From positions 7,362,102 through 7,426,101 of the forward strand of contig BFEA01000010.1 of the NCBI GenBank assembly GCA_003427395.1: DNA of 64,000 nucleotides, written 5' to 3'. The DNA comes from Chara braunii (taxonomy: Eukaryota > Plantae > Charophyceae). Made by a program: the position numbers and the translations under genes. Shown here one piece after another: positions 12,973 to 25,128 of this stretch (its first letter is position 1; the number at the start of each line of letters is the position of its first letter). Below the pieces are notes generated by a model. That model saw nothing but the letters and a program-made list of their open reading frames with translations, was not told the DNA's origin and did not search any database.

Positions 12973-13320
12973 CTAGGTTGTTGGATCGGACGTCCGGGAC
13001 CCCCCTGACCGTCCGAGATGTCCGATCGAGGGCAAAAAAAAAAAAAAAAAAAAAAAAAAGNAAAAAAAAAAAAAAAAAAAAAAGGTCTCAGAAAAATCTG
13101 AAAACAATATATATTATGTAACATAACAATACAAGCAACTTTTGCCTTGGAGTCATATTCAAATTCGCAGTCAATCATGAGTTAAAAATCGAAAACCAAA
13201 AAAAAATAAATTTTTTTTTTACGAAAAAAGAAAAATTCTTTTTCGGGACGACGGGGGTACCGGACGTATGGGGGAGACGTTCGGGGGAGACGACCGGCCC
13301 CCGGACCATTGGTAACCTAG
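12973..13320. mobile_element. hAT-type MITE (348 bp)
   Basis: Perfect 8-bp TSD TCCTAAAC (12965-12972 / 13321-13328); TIR CTAGGTT/AACCTAG; subterminal CGGAC/GTCCG motifs; poly-A core. Confidence 0.88.
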
Positions 13321-13818
13321 TCCTAAACATAAAATGTCAATTAACTCTATTAGAAGGGAAATAATAAATTTCACTGGACATTAATCAGATCTAAAAAATG
13401 ATGAAGTTTTTGACTGACTGAAAGATGATAATGGACAAAGTGATGCATTGAAGAAGGCTGTTGAATCTACGTAGAGTGGTAAAATAAAATTGAGATTTGC
13501 ATCAACTCATCCTTTTTAGAAAGATAGTTACTGGGTCAAAGAGAAAATATAAACTCAAAGGGGTGAAGAAGAACTAGTTGCCATTTTAATAGGAAATGAC
13601 TATAATGAAGCATTGAAAAAGGAAAGGAGAATCATCAAAGCACTAAGGGAGTCAACAAAACATGGGAATAAGGTTACTAGAGAGAGATTTGACGCAATGA
13701 AGATTGAATTTATCTAGCCTAAGGAAAAGGAATATATCTTCAAGGTGTGTCATGAATTCTCTGGTGCATTTTCCTTTAATGATGAAGAGAGAGGGCGACG
13801 AGATGTGGATATGATTAA

Positions 13819-15223
13819 ACCACCAGTACTTAGGCCATACATCAGTCGCGGGCTTTGCACGTTAACGCGCTGCATTCTTAGGGGTTCGGTGGAGGGTTGG
13901 AAGCGCTATGGGAGAGGAAGGTGGCGGGCCTAGGGAAAACTGTCCAATGGACTCCAGTATGTCCTCTTGGATTTTTGTGTATGTGGAAACATGCACGTCG
14001 CTGTATGCAATGTCATTGAAAAAAAAAAAAACTTACAAGGACGTGAAATGAAAAAAGAAAAAAAAAAAGAATAAAGGAAAAGTATTGTTGGCAGAGCATT
14101 TTCATGATAACACTTCGACATATGTATCTGAATGTAGTTTCACCTGAAAACCAATGACATTTTCATTGCTTTCCTTTTCTTTTTTTCACGAAAGAGAGAA
14201 TCTTGGCAGTTTCTCGGCCGACTCCCTATGAGAAACGGGGAGCATCAAAGTCCTTGCCACAAAATGAATATTTTAGGCACTTTCCCGAGTATGTATCCTT
14301 CCTCAATTGTGGGAGCATTCAAGTTCCTGTCATGAATCTGAAGACACTAGCGGTGAACACAATTTTTTCACGTTTTTGTTTGTTTATTTGTTGTGAAATC
14401 TGAAGACACTAGCGGTGAACACAATTTTTTCACGTTTTTGTTTGTTTATTTGTTGTGAAAGAAAGGGGGAAAAAAAAGAATTTGGGTTGTATCTCGCGTG
14501 CCCCAAAGGGAAGCACTACCCCGAGAATGTATTCTCCCTCAGTTGTGGTCAGATACTCATGAATAGGAAGGAGGACGTGCAACCACCTTTTCTGTCGTTT
14601 TTTTTTTCTTCTTGCAACTAAAGTAAAAATACCTCAGGGTCGAGGTCCCACTAGCAAAGAGGATAGGATCAAGCTCCTGAATCTGGATGTGCTTTATGCA
14701 GAGATGCAGATAAGCAGTTCAATCTCGATTCCCAACACCTTTTCAGGAAATCGTTCAGATTCAGTCATTCGATCCAACTCCTCTTTGCTAGTGAGACCAC
14801 GCCCCAACTATATCTCATGTGACTCAAGAACTCTCTCGAGAATGTATCCTCCCTGAATCCTTGCCATGCACTCATGAAACTAAAGGCCGTCACTTAAAAT
14901 GTCGTTTTTTTCCATTTTCGTTGTTGCAATAGAAAAAAAAAAAGAATATCGATACTATCTGATTAACTCCCCGTGAGAAACGGGGGGCATTGAAGTCCTG
15001 TCACCAATGCAACATCAGGCAGTCTCACGCCTGCATGCGTGAAAACTAGTGAGCTACAACCCATCTCGTTCCTCCTGCTGACAACAGATCCAAAATAAGG
15101 GGCGGTACTAGTGCCAACCTACAAATGTTCCAAATCGTTTTGCTCCCACAACAGGCTCGGAAAAAAACGACACGCAGATCGATTTCACGCTCAGCATCAA
15201 TAGCTGAGCGAAGTACTGGTGGT
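13819..15223. mobile_element. Non-autonomous TIR element with TTAA (or TA) target duplication, 1405 bp
   Basis: Perfect 13-bp TIR ACCACCAGTACTT/AAGTACTGGTGGT, flanked by TTAA at 13815-13818 and 15224-15227. Removal restores the pol frame ERGRRDVDMIKMTKIWTVDHIPWN. No transposase ORF. Confidence 0.88.
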
Positions 15224-15496
15224 TTAAAATGACGAAGATCTGGACAGTAGATCATATCCCTTGGAATGATAGCACAACTAAATATGTCAAAAAAAAAAAG
15301 CAGAGGTGGTCCCACTAGTCGACCCATGGCTATCATAGGGTGGACTAATGGTGTGACAGTCATGAAGGTGCACCTTCTGGTTTGAAATATCCTGGCTACG
15401 ATCGTAGCCAGGAAGGTGCATGACAGTCATGGGTCGACGATCGACCCATGGCTATCCTGGGTGCATGACAGTCATGGGTCGACTATCGACCCCTAT

Positions 15497-16060
15497 GCAT
15501 ATCCAGGCTACGATCAGTTTCTCATTGATCCCACTAGTCGACCCATGATTGTCATGCACACGCCAAGAGGACTTATTCAGATGTGTCTAGTACGACAAGG
15601 GTGGACTAATGGTGTGACAGAGACACAAAGAGACATGATCCAAATTATGCATAATATTTCTCCTGAAATGACTAGCCCTTATATTGATGATATTCCAACA
15701 AAACAGTCTATAAAAAGAGATGATATATTGGTTGGTGATGGTATTAGGAAGTTTGTCCGGGAACATGCTAATGGTGTAAACTTGGTCCTGACTGGCAGCA
15801 GACTAAAGTCTCTTCTCTTTCAAGCAGGAGTGACCATCCTAAGCTTCAGATGCTTCTCTGAGGGTAGAAACCCCAATCCCAAGAAAATAGGTAAGATCCT
15901 GTACTGGCCTTTGCCTCTTAAGCGAGTGATAAACGTCAGAAGCTTCTTTGGTGTTTGTGGGTTTTAGAGGATCTTCATTCCTCATTTTGCTACCCTTGCA
16001 GAGCCTCTAAGGAAGATGGTAAGGCAAGAGGCTAACTTGTCAAAGACAAATCGTTGCTAA
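15497..16060 (+). pseudogene. Reverse transcriptase of gypsy A (N-terminus replaced by filler DNA)
   Basis: GYDQ...TPRGLIQM...QGWTNGV...PYIDDIP...VRSFFGVCGF. Confidence 0.9.
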
Positions 16061-16076
16061 AGATCTACAAGAGAAA

Positions 16077-16500
16077 TTGAAAGATAGAGGTGTAGTACTG
16101 AGAATGCCCTACTATGATGATAAGGAGGGAAGACTCTTCATGATCGAGACAGATGGAGGGCCAGTTGCTCTTGATGGTGTACTTATACAAGAAGATGAGA
16201 ATGGTAGAGAAATACCTCTAAGGTTTGAGGGCATGATTCTCAATTCGATTAAAAGAGGCTACATCCAATTTAGGAAAGAGCTACTGACACTCATCCACTC
16301 CTTTATGTGTTTGAGACACTATGTGATTGAAAGAAGATTCATTTTGAGAACCGATGCATCTGCAGTGATTTATGTCATTAAAAAAAACACAAATAGGTTG
16401 ATCCAACAATAAGCAAATGAATTGCCTTTATCTGGACATTTAACTTTAAGTTGGAAAAAAATCCAACTGAGAAAATTTGACCAGATGGTTTAAGCCAAAT
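16077..16500 (+). pseudogene. RNase H of gypsy A
   Basis: FMIETDGGPVALDGVLIQ...YIQFRKELL...FILRTD. Confidence 0.85.
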
Positions 16501-16764
16501 TGAGTGGAGAACAGATAATGACGAAGATATTGAGGAAATTACTGAAGAGTCAACTTATGTTGATAAATTTTCGAATGAAGAAAACGATGAAGATTACAAG
16601 ACACCAAACTCATACAAGAAAAGTTTGAGGCCTGAAGAAAGAGACTACTAGGGTGAAGTTCCTGAGGCTTATATCTATGAAATAATTTTTGAGAAAGAGG
16701 ACGAAAAAAATAAGAATGACTGGTACGCAAGAATTAATGCAGCGATTGTGGCTGTCCATGAACT

Positions 16765-18090
16765 ATGAGAAAGTTTCGGTTAAAGGATGAGGAGGAGATT
16801 GAAAAGAATGAGGAAGAAATTATGTTTATCCTCAAAGAATACGAAGGGGGTTGTCAAAAAATTGGGAAAGCAACAGAAAGAGAGAAGATGAAAAAATACT
16901 ACGGCAAAAACTTGAAGAAGAAGTTCAAACTTAAAAGAGGACACCTCTTTGTGGATGGCAAAAGTGGGTTGCCTCCATTAAGAGTAGTGTGCGAGAATGA
17001 AAGACGGTTAGAAATCATTGCTGCCCTATACGGAGTTGTAGGAGGTCACAGAGTTGCTGAAGCAACCTACACCAAAACTGCTAAGCTTTATTTCTGGTCT
17101 GGTATGAGAGATGTGATTTACATATTTTGTAAGTCGTGTCTACAGTGTCAAAAGAGGTCTACAACGAGATTGGTTTAAGCCTCTATTTCTATTTCCCACT
17201 ATCCTGGTAGAATTTGGTAGTTGAGTTCATTTGGATCTCATCACTATGCCCTAAGGCGAATGCAGGATGAGATACATACTGAACATGAGAGACAATTTAT
17301 CTGGCTATGTTGAAGCAAAAACTCTGAAAAGGAACACAGCCGAACAAATGGCTTATTCGATAGAGAAAATATATCTCAGATATCCTTTTATCAGAGAGTT
17401 TAGTTCAGAAAATGGATCAAAATTTAGAAATGAAGTTGTAAGGAGAACCACTATCAGACTGAGTGTCAGAATCACATACGTAACTGCTTATCATCCTCAA
17501 ACCAATTCACCTGTTGAGAGCGGTCAGAAAACTTGGAAGTATTCACTAGCAAAGCGGTGTGAAGGAAATCTCAACAGCTGGCTAAAGAAGTTAAAAGTTG
17601 CAGTTTGTGCTGACAATATCACAATTAAGAGGACTGTTAACTATGCACCATTCAGTTTGTGGTATGGTCGGTATGGTACTTTACATATTAAAAGCATAAT
17701 CAAAACTTTGTCAAGTCAAGAAAGAAACAAAGAATATTTCATCTCATAACTTCTATACATCAGAATGAGACAGATATTGAAAGTTGATCAGGTTGTGTTA
17801 GATGTTGCAGAGATGATGGTCACTACTCGACTATCTGATCAAAAGAGGTGGAATAAAAAGAGATACATAAGAAAAAAAAAAGTAAAAAAGAAGTGACGTC
17901 GTCTTACTTTATGACAATTCATTAGAGACTCGATGGATTAAATGTTTGGAACCTAGATGGTTTGATCCTTACACTGGTGAAGCAGAAGGTAAAGTCTATC
18001 AGATATCCAAGATGGATGGTTCAAGAATTCATGATATGGGATCAGGGTCGAGACTTCATAAGTTTATCTTTTTAGATCCTGATTTGTAGG
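16765..18090 (+). pseudogene. Integrase of gypsy A (zinc finger and core, frameshifted)
   Basis: GGHRVAEATY...YFWSGM...CKSCLQCQ; DNLSGYVEA; SSENGSKF; TAYHPQTNSPVE. Confidence 0.88.
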
Positions 18091-18367
18091 ACAATTCATG
18101 ACTAATCTTGCAGAGAACTGAGGCTGCAAGAATGAATTTTCAGTCGACAATGACTAATCTTGCATTGTCAATTCAATAAGTCAATTTCCATCATGTCAGT
18201 TTTGACACGAAGGACTAAGGAAAAATCTTCAGACAGTTTGTATTTGTTTCTGCATGTGAACTAATTTTCTTATTTCTATAATTGACAAAACTAACGAGAT
18301 TAAAGTATCACTGATGCAGAGTCATAGTCGATCCACGAGTGTTAGATCCCTCAGAGTAGGGAGTAAC

Positions 18368-19544
18368 TATGAGATGCAGTTGCAGTAGGAAGTGATGGGA
18401 TATCACTTTCCTAAGTAGTGACTCAGTGTCAAGTTTGAAAAACTCGTGGCTGTGGCACATTAAGGATATAAATAGTATCATTTTTGTAATGAAGAGAAAG
18501 TTTGATGGGCATAAAGAAGTTCAACTTTGCTTGACCAAGAGTTGTCAGTAAAAGGACCTCATGTCGTTTGACTAAGTTGCTTGTCCAAGAAAATTCTCAT
18601 GAGGACAGGCATAAAAAACTCCAGCTCTACTTGACAAAGAGTTGTCAGCAAAGGGACTTCGTGTTTTTTGACTAAGTTGCCTATCTTCTGTCTTAGACGA
18701 GGGAAGGGACCACTCTGAGACCATTGTCTCGATATCTCCTTGAGGCTCGCGGGAGGTCTCTTGGAGAATTCTCAAATGAGGGAAGGGACCTCTCTTGGAC
18801 CAGCACATTGTATTTCCTTGAGACTGAAGGGAGGTCTCTTGCAAATACTTTGTTATTTGTTGTCTTGTTGTTGTTCAATGCCGCATGAGACTGAAAGGAC
18901 GTCTCTTGAGAAACGGTTGTTCATTTGTTTGGCGCATGGGCAGTCTGCTTTTGGGCTTTGTATGCTTGTTATTTGCCTGTGCCTGAGGTTTTCTTCTTTT
19001 TAGCCTAAGTCATTATTGATTGTCGGGGCTAGCCAGAGCCTTACCGTAACAGGTTGCAATCTGGTGGGGTCAGCAAGTCCCCGACTCGAGTGTTAAATTC
19101 CGTAGTTGGCTTAGGCTAAGGCTCCGGGAATCTAACCTAGAAAGCCAGAAGGGGTCAGTTGGAACCCTACCGCAGTCAGAGGTTGCAATCAAGTGGGTTA
19201 GCAAAAACCCGAATCGTAGCTGCGTACGAAATTTGGGCATGGCAGCCAGCGCCCTAGGCCAAAATTTGGCGGGTGAGCCAGACCCGACCGTCGTGGTCAA
19301 ATCTGGTATATGATAGTTGGTCTGACGGGAGGTTTACTATGTTAGGGTGACCAGACCCGTTATAGTCTGGATGTCCTCGCGTGAGGCGCACCAAAGGGTC
19401 ATCATATTCCTGTAGTGGGTATGGTGCGGCCTGCCATTGAAGCAGGTTAAAGGTGTTGTCAGGACATATGGTCATATTAGTCATGGCCTGACGCCGACCG
19501 AATGAGGGATATCAGACTGAAGGGAGGTATGTCAACCCTTACCA
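18368..19544 (+). repeat. Probable LTR of gypsy A, with an upstream PPT and a PBS-like TGG downstream
   Basis: PPT AGAGTAGGGAG at 18353-18363; T(A)TGAG start, CTTACCA end; TGGTGGGCCA at 19546. Internal repeat of about 50 bp at about 18530 and 18630. No second copy is available to confirm the boundaries. Confidence 0.45.
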
Positions 19545-22500
19545 ATGGTGGGCCAAAACCAAGGCAATCGATGAGTTCTTGGTGTGAAGAACTATTTAAT
19601 ATTTATGTTGTTTATTATTTTATTATGAGGTTTAATTTATTTTATTTTATTTTATTTCTACTTAACTACTGTTTGTTAGGGAACTTGCTTATTGGATCTT
19701 GTTTGGTGGTTTGTGGAACCTATTGTTTGCAGGTTTATGCAGGTTCACTCAAAGTTCCTAGACCAGAGAAAGAAAAAGGGGTTTGGTATCGCTTTTGTTT
19801 ATCTAAAAACTTGAGGAGATGCCTCACTTAGATTAGAGAAAGAGAACGGGATTTGGTATCCCCCTCGATTGCTTGAGAAGTTGAGAAGACATCTCACTCA
19901 GACCAAAGAACAAGAAAAGGGTTTGGTATACCTTATCCTCAACACAACTGACAGAGTAAGTGCCCTCAACACTGATGATAGTTTGAGAATATCCCCTGCA
20001 TTATTGTCAAGATGTGACGAGGTAACTTCTCCATCGAGGAAAGATCAGAAAAAATCAGATTTCGGAATGACAAGAGGAATTGCAAATGAGAAATTGAGAT
20101 ATAATCCTTCTTGAATTATTTTGGTGGCCGACAAAGTGGCCTGATTAACAAGGAACCTGCATCCTCGACCTTAAGGTATTAAATCTCTCAAGCGAGAGAT
20201 GCTATGGAGTATGATATGGACTGAAAATTTCAAGAGGAGAAAATCATAAAAATCAAGGAAATTTGTTGTGCTTATACAAGATATAAAAGATAACCATAAA
20301 TTCTATCTGGAGCAAAACAAGAAGAAAGAAAATGCAAAAGAGAGTGTAGTTACTAAGTTGAGATTGAGAAGAAACTGAACATGGGATGGAGGGTGACGAT
20401 ACTGGCACTTACGCCTTGCTTGCCCCAAGTATAGTCGGAGCTTTAGGGGAGTACTGAGGACAGGAGAGCTTGGGGCGCCATAACACGCCTCAAACTTTTT
20501 CTGATAATACTTCATCCTCGTGGGAGATGAAGTTCGTTCGTACCCGGCTGTGAATGAGTGGCGCGGGTAGACCCTTGAGTGGGTTTCATAACTGTACTTA
20601 TGATCTTCCTCCTCCTCTGAACTGTAGTGTCTTATGGCACGCAGCGCGGGCTCCTCAGGAGCCTTTCCTCCCCTACCGCCCTCTCCTTTTCCTTATCCTC
20701 GACGTGCTTCAAGCATGATGCAAGGTAGGTCACTACTAAACGACGTGTAAGAGGAAAGAGTTGCTTTAGCGAGAGAAACCCTACATTGTCACTACTATAC
20801 TTGCGCAAGCGTTAGGAGAATTAGGTGTTAGCACTAACTCGCTACGAGAGATTCATTACTTTGATACTCAGAAATGAATGTTAGCATTACTAATTGTTAC
20901 TACTTTATTCTGCTTGCTGGGTTTGTTTTGGCCCAACGAGGACGTTGGGCGGGGGTTTGGTATTATGTCGGACGACACGGTATCCCGACCCTTCGCGGTG
21001 TACCAGGCACACCTCATTCACGACCCTCAACATCATGCCAGACTCATCTTGTGCGCAACCTGTTCCTGGACTGGTCTGGCTGGCACTACCACAACAAAAA
21101 AAAGGGGGTTGTGCCAATGGACTTTCGTTTGGTCCACGTGAACTTGGCGCCCTGCTGCACATCAGAGCACGATCGGCCCGTGCTCGTGGAAGTCGACCTA
21201 AGATTATGCACGCACACAACCATCTCCATGCGTTCCCAATCTTCTTGGATGACGGACTACTTTGCGGATGATTCTTAATCATGTGCATTGCTTGAAGTGT
21301 TTCATGCCTCTTCCTCTGGGAAGTGGTCTGGGTACTTCTCGTCGGAGCATAAGACTCGGATTTCAAAAGTCGGGGCGTCTCCACCGAATCGACAAGTACC
21401 CTCCCCGTAGAACGGTCCACTCTGGGTCGATAACAGGGCCGGCCCCTAAAGCAACGAACCCCCGCCTTAGATTCTTCCTAGAGAAAGAAAATATGTCCAT
21501 TGCGAGTAACTTTCAGTTATTCTCATTCCTAAGTTCAGGGTAACTTGGACAAAAAAAAATCGAAGGAGATAGAGAATGAGAACCATTTGGACAGGTATAG
21601 GTAGATAAGGTCATTTGGGATAGAAAGGGTCCATCCTCGGGAAAAGGCTAAGTTTATCTAACCTTATCTGCTTTATTTCAATGAAATTCGTTTCACGGTG
21701 CCAAAGTTTTTCAAAACAACGAATCCTTTTTGACACGCAAGCAGGTGAGAAGTAAAAAAAAGATAATCCTTTTCCCTTTTCTCAAATAGGCATAATCAAT
21801 CTCCTTTGCAAGCATCCTTCTACCTACCTGCACAAAGCGCAAAGAAAACAAGTTCAAAAGAAACCAGTACAATCCCACACTCAAGTCGGACCTTTCCATT
21901 CACATGCATGACTCGCACAAATTTGCTTTACCTTTTCTTTCGAACATTCAAAACAACAAGGTCAAGCAAAGCGTGGGTTCACACAGGTGTGAAGGGAAAT
22001 CTGAGTCAATCAACTGACCTTGAGTGAAGTTTGAATCGACTTACTCAAGAAAGCTGAGTAATACTCCAATCAAAAGAAAATGACTGCCACACAACTCCAC
22101 GAGTTGTGGCCTTTTCATTGAACGACGGTCCGCGTCTTTTCCAAGTGCTCAAATGAGCAGAGGTTGGGCCACAAAAAAACTCAAGCAAGGTAGCTCTCCA
22201 GGAGGGTGTTCCCACAAACGAGTTTTCAGGTGGTCCCAATGTCCCAAACTGGTCCCTGCTTAAACTGGTACGAATGCCGCGGGTTGTCCTAACACAATCC
22301 CAACTACACTATAACCACCAAGGATACTCCCTAACCAGCCGCAAGTCCACGCCGCCTCGAATCACCACGTCCGCTCAAAATAACCTCAACAACCACGTGT
22401 GTCCCGACTTCAAGTTGGTCCACATTGGTCCCAAAATGGTTCCAGGTCGGTCCCATATCATCGCCCACATCACTGGATGGTTCCAACACCGAAATCGCTT

Positions 22501-22792
22501 GTACTGCGTGCCACAAAAAAAATAAAGGTGGCCCTGGCTCAAAACCGCATGTGTTGCGAGCCCCAATGACTACTGCCATGTGTACTCACTTCGCAATCTC
22601 TTCATACCGCCTGACCACGCACCACTGCCGCACGATCCCAACCATGCACCAGCGCTAGCCCAACCTCTAGGCCACATTGGACTCCACCATAACCGCTGCT
22701 CATATAAAAAAAAAAAACAGAGGACCACGTCGCTGTGCGGCACCATTGCCTAATCACACACAAAAAAACGGTTCCACCACACTGCAAAATTT

Positions 22793-23797
22793 TGGCAGCA
22801 CTGCCCCTCGAACATAGTGTCGTTGACAAGCCGACACTCCGACATCATCTCCCCACCAAAAAGAACGCTTTAATGTCCCAGCCGCGCTGTAATTTTGGCA
22901 GTACAATTGCCCCACTAAAACTGTCGTTGTTGTCGTGCGTCCAAACGGATAGCACTTCCCCTTAGGAAGGCCTTGATGCTGCCGCACCCCCAGTCGGGCA
23001 GCACCTCCCTACTGAAAGTGTTGTTGTCGCAGCACCTGCCCAGACGCACAACGCACGCACAAGGATGGGGAAAAAAACTCCTAGCCCTCAGCTATGGCTG
23101 CCTCCCTTCTCCTCCTCCAACTGGCAGCACTGCCCCTCGAACATAGTGTCCTTGACAAGCCGGCACTCCGACATCATCTCCCCACCAAAAAGGATGCTTT
23201 AATGTCCCGGCCGCTGCCGTAATTTCGGCAGTACAACTGCCCCACTAAAACTGTCGTTGCTGTCGTGCCTCCAAATGGATAGCACTTGCCCTTAGGAAGG
23301 CCTTGATGCTGCTGCACCACCAGTCGGGCAGCACCTCCCTACTGAAAGTGCTGCTGTCGCAGCACCTGCCCAGACGCACAGTGTGCGCACAAGGATGGGG
23401 CAAAAAGCTCCCAGCCCTCAGCGCCTGCCCAGACGCACAAGAATGGGGCAAAAAGCTCCCAGCCCTCAGCTATGGCTGCCTCCGTTCTCCTCCTCCAACT
23501 GGCAGCACTGCCCCTCGAACGTAGTGTCCTTCTCCCCACCAAAAAGAACGTTTTAATGTCCTGGCCGCGCCGTAATTTCGGCAGTACAACTGCCCCACTA
23601 AAATTGTCGTTGCTGTCGCGCCTCCAAACGGATAGCACTTCCCCTTAGGAAGGCCTTGATGCTGCCGCACCACCAGTCGGGCAGCACCTCCCTACTGAAA
23701 GTGTTGTTGTCGCAGCACCTGCCCAGACGCACAGCGCACGCACAAGGATGGGGCAAAAAACTCCCAGCCCTCAGCTATGGCTGCCTCCCTTCTCCTC
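22793..23797. repeat. Tandem repeat, about 330-bp unit, 3 copies
   Basis: Units start TGGCAGCACTGCCCCTCGAAC at 22793, 23122 and 23500. Copy 2 has an internal duplication and copy 3 a short deletion. Confidence 0.92.
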
Positions 23798-24762
23798 AGC
23801 AGCATTGCCAAGACGTGCTTGGCTGCTGGGCTGAATGCTGACTTTTATAGCCGGTCGATGGCTGTGGGCAACTGCTTTGCCCACAACCAAAATTTGTAAT
23901 TGGCCTTGGCCCTTGATCTGAGCCACGATCAAGGGCCAGGAATCTTGATGTTCCCCTAGGGGAACCAAGATCCCGAATACCCAGAAGCATTTGGCTTTTC
24001 TCGTAGGGCAAATGCTTCTGAAAATGGTTGTATTCAACCATTTGTTGCAACCTGTTCAAAATGAACAGTTGCAGTATTTTCCCCCCTGCCAGAACCTTCC
24101 ACCCCCTGCACCTATCCCACGATCGCGGCCACATACGCGGCCGTTTTCTTTTCTTCCCCTTCCTTATTATTATTATTATTATTTTTCTGTCTCCACCCCC
24201 TCGGTTTCCTCGTGAAGGGGACACTTCAGTCGAACCAGAGCCAAGCTCAACAGGGTCTTCATTCCTCCTGTCGCGCTTGTATCCGGCACAGGGAGAGCAC
24301 CAGATCCAGGTGTCCGTTCGCAGCTCATTCCCAAGCGAACAGGCGCGCATGGTGGTTTCCATGATAGGAAGAGCCGACATTAAAGAAATCCAAAAGAAGA
24401 AAAAAAACGGGAAAGAAGAAAAGAAAGAAAAACAAAAGGAAAAAACTTACCTTTACCGTTGTGGCAGCCCGTGAAAACGGGCACCACTCTACACCGTCAG
24501 GGGACTAAAGCCCCTGTCTCATTTAATCGCGCCATATGGCGGTTGACTTTCCCCTTCCTCCATCACGCGCGTGTATCTGGCGCAGTTCAGGCGCCAAATT
24601 CAGGCGCGTTGTCAACAACCTTTCCCTGTCCGACCAACGGGCGTGGACTCAACTCGTAGGGAGGGGACTGAGTGGAAGTGTATACTTCCATGTTCTAGCA
24701 GTAGATTCATTCAATTTTGCTCATCCTATCAATGGAAGTAACGTGAGGCGAACTGCCAGGTT

Positions 24763-24832
<70 letters not shown>

Positions 24833-25128
24833 CGTAGTGTATAGTTCCAGGTCCTAGGAGTAGATTCATTCGATTTTGCTCTACTTGTCGATGGAAGTAC
24901 CCTCTCTGCAGCCCATTTCTCTGAAACGAACGGGCGCAGAGAGAAAGCGGCAGCTCGTAAAACGAGACGAGGGGAATCTAAAAAAAAGACTCTAAAAAAA
25001 ATCTAAAAGAATAAATCTAAAGCAAATCTTAAAAAAATCTAAAGAAGAAAAAAAGAAAAAGAAAAGAAACTTACCTTTAAAAAAAACGGTCGCCCGTTTA
25101 AAACGGGAACCGTCAGCTGAATTGAGGG

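Larger units (their letters stand above)
6324..19544 (+). mobile_element. Ty3/gypsy LTR retrotransposon A, old and degenerate; extra upstream ORF, gag-PR-RT-RH-IN, 3' LTR; nested insertions; 5' LTR not seen
   Basis: Domain order gag, protease, RT, RNase H, integrase in fragmentary + frames. PPT at 18353-18363. Removing the nested insertions restores reading frames. Confidence 0.85.

Noticed and set aside
14337-14459. Hammerhead ribozyme in the tandem repeat (CTGAAGA...GAAC)
   Set aside because: Lacks GAAA, stem I and the UH cleavage site.
20878-21543. Degenerate ORF with two CxxC motifs
   Set aside because: Multiple stops and no recognisable family motif.
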